A stretch of DNA of 64,000 nucleotides from an uncultured Acidobacteriota bacterium. Its GTDB lineage: Bacteria > Acidobacteriota > Blastocatellia > RBC074. The notes below the pieces were generated by a model, which was not told the origin of the DNA, searched no databases, and was given only the letters and a program-made list of their open reading frames with translations. Of this stretch, positions 59,252 to 64,000 are shown one piece after another; position 1 is the stretch's first letter, and each line of letters starts with the position of its first letter. Position numbers and translations under genes: made by a program. The stretch lies in assembly GCA_902825875.1 (NCBI GenBank), contig CADECP010000005.1, positions 50,168-114,167 of the forward strand. The letters run 5' to 3'.

Positions 59252-61030
59252 ATGTTGGATCATCTTGGACAAACGAAACGCACTCATAATTGCGGCGAGC
59301 TTCGCCGGGAACACGCAGGTCAGACAGTCACGTTAATGGGCTGGGTGAATTCGCGGCGCGACCACGGGCCGTTACTGTTCGTGCATTTGCGCGACCGCGA
59401 AGGCATTACTCAAGTCGTCTTTGACGCCGAACGTTCCGCCGACGCGCACGCCAAAGCCAAAGACGCTCGCGGCGAATACGTGCTGGCCATCACAGGCAAA
59501 TGCGTGCTGCGCGAAGAAAGCAATTTCAACCCAGCGATGACGACCGGCGAAATAGAAATCATCGCCGACGAAATCAAAATCCTGAACGATTCGCGCACGC
59601 CGCCTTTTCAAATCGAACGCTGCGACGCTTCGGAAGACGTGCGCTTGAAATATCGCTACCTGGATTTGCGCCGCCCTGAAATGCAGAAGAATTTCAGGCT
59701 GCGCCATCAACTGGCTTTCACCACGCGCCGAGTGCTGGACGAACACGGCTTTTTTGAAATCGAAACGCCGATCCTGACCAAATCAACTCCCGAAGGCGCG
59801 CGCGATTATTTGGTTCCTTCGCGGACAATGCCCGGCAAGTTTTTCGCTCTGCCGCAATCGCCGCAGTTGTTCAAACAGTTGCTGATGATTTCCGGCTACG
59901 AGCGTTACTTCCAAATCGCGCGTTGTTTCCGCGACGAAGATTTGCGCGCAGACCGCCAGCCGGAATTCACGCAGATTGACATCGAAATGAGCTTCGTCCA
60001 GCCCGACGACGTGTTCAACGTCATCGAACCGTTGATCGTCGAATGCTTCAAAGTCGCGGGTTACGAAGCTCCGGCGCGTCCATTCCAGCGAATGAGTTAC
60101 AACGACGCGATGAACCGATTCGGCTCCGACAAACCGGATATACGTTTCGGCATGGAGTTCATTGATCTGACCGCGCAATTCGATGGCAGCGCATTTCCTG
60201 TCTTCGCCGACGCCATCAAAAAAGGCAGCGTAGTCAAGTCCATCGTCGTTCCCGGCGCAGCCACCTGGTCGCGCAAGCAGTACGACGACATCATCGAACA
60301 CGCCAAAAAGTTCGGCGCTGGCGGACTGGCTTACATTCAAGTGTTGGAAGGCGAAAACAAATCCGCGCTGACTAAAACGATGGGCGCTGACGGAGTTGCC
60401 AAAATCGTCGAAGCAGCCGGAGCCAAAGTCGGCGATTCGATTTTGATGATGTGCGCCAAATGGGAAAAGGCTTGCGACGTGTTGGGCGAAGTTCGTCTGG
60501 AAGTCGGTCGCCGCGAAAAACTCATCAACGAAGATGACAATCGGTTGCTGTGGGTGACTGAGTTCCCGATGTTTGAATACCACGAAGAAGACAAACGCTG
60601 GTACGCCAAACACCATCCGTTCACTTCGCCGCGCGACGAAGACGTTGAAAAGCTGAGCGGCGGCGATCTGGGTTCGGTCTACGCCAAAGCTTACGATCTG
60701 GTGCTGAACGGCAAAGAATTGGGCGGAGGCTCGGTTCGTATTCACCGTTCTGACGTACAAGCGACCGTGTTCAAAGCTTTGGGACTAAGCGACGAAGAAG
60801 CGCGCGAAAAATTCGGCTTCTTCCTGGACGCGCTCAGTTACGGAACCCCGCCGCACGGCGGCATCGCCTTGGGCTTGGATCGTTTGGTAATGCTGCTGGC
60901 CAAAGCGACTTCACTGCGCGATGTAATCGCCTTCCCCAAAGTCTCAACCGCTTCGGATATGATGACCGACAGCCCCAGCGAAGTCGCTCCGGCGCAATTG
61001 GCTGAGTTGAAAATCAAGACGTTGGTGTAA
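59252..61030 (+). CDS. aspS: Aspartate--tRNA ligase (bacterial type)
   Basis: OB-fold N-domain, class II motifs (FRDEDLRADRQPEFTQIDIE, GGGSVRIHR, GLDRLVMLL). 592 aa. Confidence 0.9.
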   Translation: MLDHLGQTKRTHNCGELRREHAGQTVTLMGWVNSRRDHGPLLFVHLRDREGITQVVFDAERSADAHAKAKDARGEYVLAITGKCVLREESNFNPAMTTGEIEIIADEIKILNDSRTPPFQIERCDASEDVRLKYRYLDLRRPEMQKNFRLRHQLAFTTRRVLDEHGFFEIETPILTKSTPEGARDYLVPSRTMPGKFFALPQSPQLFKQLLMISGYERYFQIARCFRDEDLRADRQPEFTQIDIEMSFVQPDDVFNVIEPLIVECFKVAGYEAPARPFQRMSYNDAMNRFGSDKPDIRFGMEFIDLTAQFDGSAFPVFADAIKKGSVVKSIVVPGAATWSRKQYDDIIEHAKKFGAGGLAYIQVLEGENKSALTKTMGADGVAKIVEAAGAKVGDSILMMCAKWEKACDVLGEVRLEVGRREKLINEDDNRLLWVTEFPMFEYHEEDKRWYAKHHPFTSPRDEDVEKLSGGDLGSVYAKAYDLVLNGKELGGGSVRIHRSDVQATVFKALGLSDEEAREKFGFFLDALSYGTPPHGGIALGLDRLVMLLAKATSLRDVIAFPKVSTASDMMTDSPSEVAPAQLAELKIKTLV

Positions 61031-61051
61031 ATCAGTGGAAGGGAGATGATT

Positions 61052-61309
61052 ATGGCAATTTCAAAGTTGATGCTTCTTGAATCGCGCATTGTGATTCTGG
61101 AAGCAGAGGTAGCACAACTCAAACAACAAATCTCCGTCACGCCGAACAATGAAACGCCTTGGTGGGAACAGCACTGGGGAATCTTTAATGACTATCCTGA
61201 TTACGAAAAGGTCGTGGCATTAGGCCGGCAGTACCGCGAATCGCTACGACCGAAACCAACGAAGAACAAAACCAGTAAGAACACACAAAAGAAACTCAGC
61301 GAGGATTAA
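61052..61309 (+). CDS. Small hypothetical coiled-coil protein (GC-poor), first gene of the aspS-purF insertion
   Basis: 85 aa. Heptad-like LLESRIVILEAEVAQLKQQI, basic C-tail. GGGAG RBS. Ends 5 nt before the ATPase gene. Confidence 0.45.
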   Translation: MAISKLMLLESRIVILEAEVAQLKQQISVTPNNETPWWEQHWGIFNDYPDYEKVVALGRQYRESLRPKPTKNKTSKNTQKKLSED

Positions 61310-61314
61310 TTGTT

Positions 61315-63030
61315 ATGCTCACCAATATCCACATCAAAAACTTCAAGCGATTTGAAGATGTCAGCTTTGAACTTGGGGAAAGAGTTGTGCTGATTGGGCC
61401 GAACAATTCCGGTAAAACAACAGCATTGCAGGCACTTGCTTTGTGGGAAATTGGGCTGCGGCGTTGGAATGAAAAGCGTGGCGGCAAATCACCCACTGAA
61501 AAAAGAAGTGGCGTCCCTATAAATCGCAATGATTTGATTGCCATCCCATTGCCGGGTGCAAATTTGCTCTGGCGAGACTTGCACGTCAGAAATGTCGAGT
61601 ACGTAGATAGCAAACCGAAAACCCAAAACATTCGCATTGATATTTGTGTTGACGGCATAACTGACGGACAAGCTTGGTCGTGCGGTTTGGAATTCGATTA
61701 TGCCAATGAAGAATCCTTTTATTGTCGAACGTTGCGTTTGAACGACGACAAACAGCCGCAACGAATGGAAGTCCCTCTTGCCGCTAGCGCGATGCGTGTT
61801 GCGTTTCTGCCTCCGATGTCCGGCTTGGCCGCAATTGAACCAAAGTGGGAACCCGGACGAATCAACGTGCTGCTTGGTGAAGGACAAACGGCACAGGTCT
61901 TACGAAATTTGTGTTATCAGATTTATGAACAGCACAAAGCGAACGGTCACTGGGAAAAGCTGCAAAGGGATATTGAGAAGCTGTTTGGTGTGCAATTACT
62001 TCCGCCGCAATACATCAGCGAGCGCGGCGAAATAACGATGGCTTACAAAGAACCGAATGGGGTGAATCTTGATCTGAGTTCCGCCGGGAGAGGTTTGCAA
62101 CAGACGCTGTTATTGCTGGCCTATCTTTATGCCAATCCTGGCACTGTCATATTACTTGACGAACCGGATGCACATCTTGAGGTGCTGCGCCAACGCCAAA
62201 TCTATCAACTCCTAACAAACATTGCTCAACAGCAAGGCTCTCAAATCATTGCTGCCAGTCATTCCGAGGTTATCCTTAATGAAGCCGCAGATCGTGACAT
62301 CGTCATCGCCTTCCTTGGCCAGCCACACCGCATAGATGATCGCGGCAGCCAAGTCCGAAAATCCTTGAAGGAAATCGGATTTGACCAATACTATCAGGCG
62401 GAACAGACTGGCTGGGTCCTATACCTGGAGGGATCAACGGATTTAGCTGTCTTGCAAGCTTTTGCCGATACACTTGGCCATTCGGCAGCGAATTTTTTAG
62501 AGCGCCCATTTGTTCATTATGTGGGAAATCAACCACCAAAAGCCGAAGAGCACTTTTATGCTTTACGTGAGGCTTACCCTGACCTTATTGGAGTGGCGAT
62601 CTTTGATCGTCTAAAGCGCGAGCCACAATCTACTGAGACGCTCAAAGAGACAATGTGGAGCCGGCGTGAGATCGAAAATTATCTATGCACTGAAACAGTT
62701 TTGCTCTCGTACGCGGAGAGAAGCATAAACATGAATTTGTTCGCTGAGATTTCTAAACAGTTAATGGTTGATGCAATAAAAGAAATCTCGCAAGCCCTCC
62801 TTACTTTGGGCATTGATCCTTGGTCTCACGATGTTAAAGCTTCAGATGAGTTTCTTGACAGACTTTTTGCCTTGTATTTCAAGAAGCTAAAGCTCCCGAA
62901 TCTTTTGACCAAAACGGATTACCACGTATTGGCGCAATTTCTGACGAAAGACCAAATTGATACTGAGGTGATTCAAAAACTCGATTTGATTGTTGAAACC
63001 GCTTCAAAAGCCAAGCCTCGTGTAAATTAA
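61315..63030 (+). CDS. ABC-type ATPase with C-terminal TOPRIM/DUF4435-like domain (OLD-family / Gabija GajA / PARIS AriA-AriB-fusion-like); candidate anti-phage defence nuclease
   Basis: N-terminal IHIKNFKRF plus Walker A GPNNSGKTT, Walker B LLDEPDAHLE, H-loop-like ASHS. C-terminal WVLYLEGSTD...GVAIFDRL resembles TOPRIM E/DxD. GC-poor. GAGGA RBS. Confidence 0.75.
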   Translation: MLTNIHIKNFKRFEDVSFELGERVVLIGPNNSGKTTALQALALWEIGLRRWNEKRGGKSPTEKRSGVPINRNDLIAIPLPGANLLWRDLHVRNVEYVDSKPKTQNIRIDICVDGITDGQAWSCGLEFDYANEESFYCRTLRLNDDKQPQRMEVPLAASAMRVAFLPPMSGLAAIEPKWEPGRINVLLGEGQTAQVLRNLCYQIYEQHKANGHWEKLQRDIEKLFGVQLLPPQYISERGEITMAYKEPNGVNLDLSSAGRGLQQTLLLLAYLYANPGTVILLDEPDAHLEVLRQRQIYQLLTNIAQQQGSQIIAASHSEVILNEAADRDIVIAFLGQPHRIDDRGSQVRKSLKEIGFDQYYQAEQTGWVLYLEGSTDLAVLQAFADTLGHSAANFLERPFVHYVGNQPPKAEEHFYALREAYPDLIGVAIFDRLKREPQSTETLKETMWSRREIENYLCTETVLLSYAERSINMNLFAEISKQLMVDAIKEISQALLTLGIDPWSHDVKASDEFLDRLFALYFKKLKLPNLLTKTDYHVLAQFLTKDQIDTEVIQKLDLIVETASKAKPRVN

Positions 63031-63163
63031 AGAGAAGGGGCACTGCCACAATTGAAGAAAATAGCTACTCCTAAAGATAAAACTCTCCTGCCTTTCGCCA
63101 TTTAGCCGGGTTGTTTATACTGTGGCTTACATTCATCGGGTACACCATTCACAACCAAAAACT

Positions 63164-64000
63164 ATGTTCGACAAATTACGCGAAGAGTGCGGAGTCTTCG
63201 GGATTTACGGCCACGAAGAATCTGTGCGGCTCACTTATTTAGGCTTGTACGCGCTTCAGCATCGCGGGCAGGAATCGGCAGGGATTGTTTCGTCCGATGG
63301 CTCGCGGCTGTATGCCGAACGGGGCATGGGCTACGTCGGCGATATTTTCCAGGAAGAAAATCTGGGGCGAATGACCGGGCGTTCAGCCATCGGCCACGTG
63401 CGATATTCCACAGCCGGCAAAGTCAGTTTGAACGAAGCGCAGCCGTTTTCGGTCAAATGCAGCTTCGGCCAGATTGCGCTTTGCCACAATGGAAATTTGC
63501 CTGATGCCACCGAAGCGCGGCTGCAATTGGAAAACGACGGCGCGATTTTTTCTTCGACTTCCGACACTGAAGTTGTATTGCATCGCATCGCGCGTTCGCG
63601 CGCGGGCGACGTGGTCGAAGCCATTGCCGAAGCATTGCGAAACGATGAAGGCGCTTTTTCGATGCTGTTTGTCACGCCGGACAAATTGATCGCCGTGCGC
63701 GACCCGCGAGGTTTTCGTCCGTTGTGCATGGGCGAATTGGAAGGCGCAACAGTCTTCGCTTCTGAAACCTGCGCTTTTGATTTGATCGGCGCGAAATACG
63801 TGCGCGATGTCGAACCGGGCGAAATCGTCGTCGTCGAAGCCAACGGCATTCGGTCGCTGAAACCATTCGCCGCGCGCCCGACTTCGCATTGCGTTTTCGA
63901 ACACGTCTATTTTTCGCGGCCTGATTCGCTGGTGTTTGGCCGCAGCGTCAACAAAAGCCGTCACTTGTTTGGCCGCCATCTGGCGCGCGAACATCCGGCG
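63164..64000 (+). CDS. purF: Amidophosphoribosyltransferase, N-terminal part (gene runs off window end)
   Basis: Own translation: MFDKLREECGVFGIYGHEE...YALQHRGQESAGIV (Ntn glutaminase domain with propeptide and catalytic Cys). No stop inside the window. Confidence 0.85.
   Translation, partial: MFDKLREECGVFGIYGHEESVRLTYLGLYALQHRGQESAGIVSSDGSRLYAERGMGYVGDIFQEENLGRMTGRSAIGHVRYSTAGKVSLNEAQPFSVKCSFGQIALCHNGNLPDATEARLQLENDGAIFSSTSDTEVVLHRIARSRAGDVVEAIAEALRNDEGAFSMLFVTPDKLIAVRDPRGFRPLCMGELEGATVFASETCAFDLIGAKYVRDVEPGEIVVVEANGIRSLKPFAARPTSHCVFEHVYFSRPDSLVFGRSVNKSRHLFGRHLAREHPA

Noticed and set aside
59783-60760. Minus-strand 325-aa ORF
   Set aside because: Antisense to aspS.

Overview
This GC-rich chromosomal segment (roughly 55-60% GC by eye) has the gene content typical of an Acidobacteriota-like Gram-negative. 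It carries a TonB-dependent receptor with a carboxypeptidase-regulatory-like N-domain, GWxTD and PEGA proteins, and many Tat or Sec exported hydrolases.

Content from left to right:
- 1-10 kb: a GntR-controlled, PUL-like sugar-acid locus. It holds two enolase-superfamily enzymes (one with a Tat signal), a Tat-exported beta-propeller glycoside hydrolase, an MFS hexuronate-type transporter and a TonB-dependent receptor.
- 10.4-18.1 kb: a ureidoglycolate-lyase-like cupin, a lipoprotein, an AtpZ-like protein, a 1273-aa secreted GH35 beta-galactosidase and a second TonB-dependent-receptor-like outer-membrane protein.
- 18.2-24.3 kb: a co-directional operon (radical SAM/SPASM, nucleotidyltransferase, LuxC-like acyl-CoA reductase, small ORF, GT4 glycosyltransferase, membrane hydrolase) in which two genes are markedly GC-poor.
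- 24.4-28.5 kb: a LolA-like plus ABC (ATPase and FtsX permease) lipoprotein-sorting-type cluster.
- 28.9-46.5 kb: GWxTD, PEGA, endonuclease V, GxxExxY, SlyD, Zn-ADH, alpha/beta hydrolase, M50-CBS protease, membrane-fused spermidine-synthase-like protein, S8 peptidase, TsaC/Sua5, CtaB, GAF-GAF-PP2C phosphatase, Bcp and a secreted protein with an NLP-like signature.
- 46.5-50.1 kb: tRNA-Ala(GGC), then a short Rhs/YD-repeat polymorphic toxin with a Cys-rich C-terminus, a very AT-rich secreted ORF and a MITE-like structured element.
- 50.2-61 kb: outer-membrane barrel, aroA, RsbW/RsbV-like partner-switching pair, thiolase, TetR, MBL hydrolase, crotonase, hisS and aspS.
- 61.05-63.0 kb: a GC-poor two-gene insertion between aspS and purF. 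It encodes a small coiled-coil protein and a 571-aa ABC-ATPase with a TOPRIM/DUF4435-like C-terminus. It is a candidate OLD/GajA/PARIS-like defence module.

The window also carries several families of palindromic repeats:
- CACGAAG decamer palindromes.
- A 'tagacaggatttacaagatt' hairpin that encloses the GxxExxY gene.
- A 'gaaccgggagcggtagcgac' REP-like element.
- GA/TC 'gactgaggga...tctccgtctc' hairpins.
- (CTACTGT)n heptamer tracts.

Two of these repeat elements appear to be inserted in frame inside protein-coding genes (the MFS transporter and the Zn-ADH). No CRISPR array or rRNA was seen.
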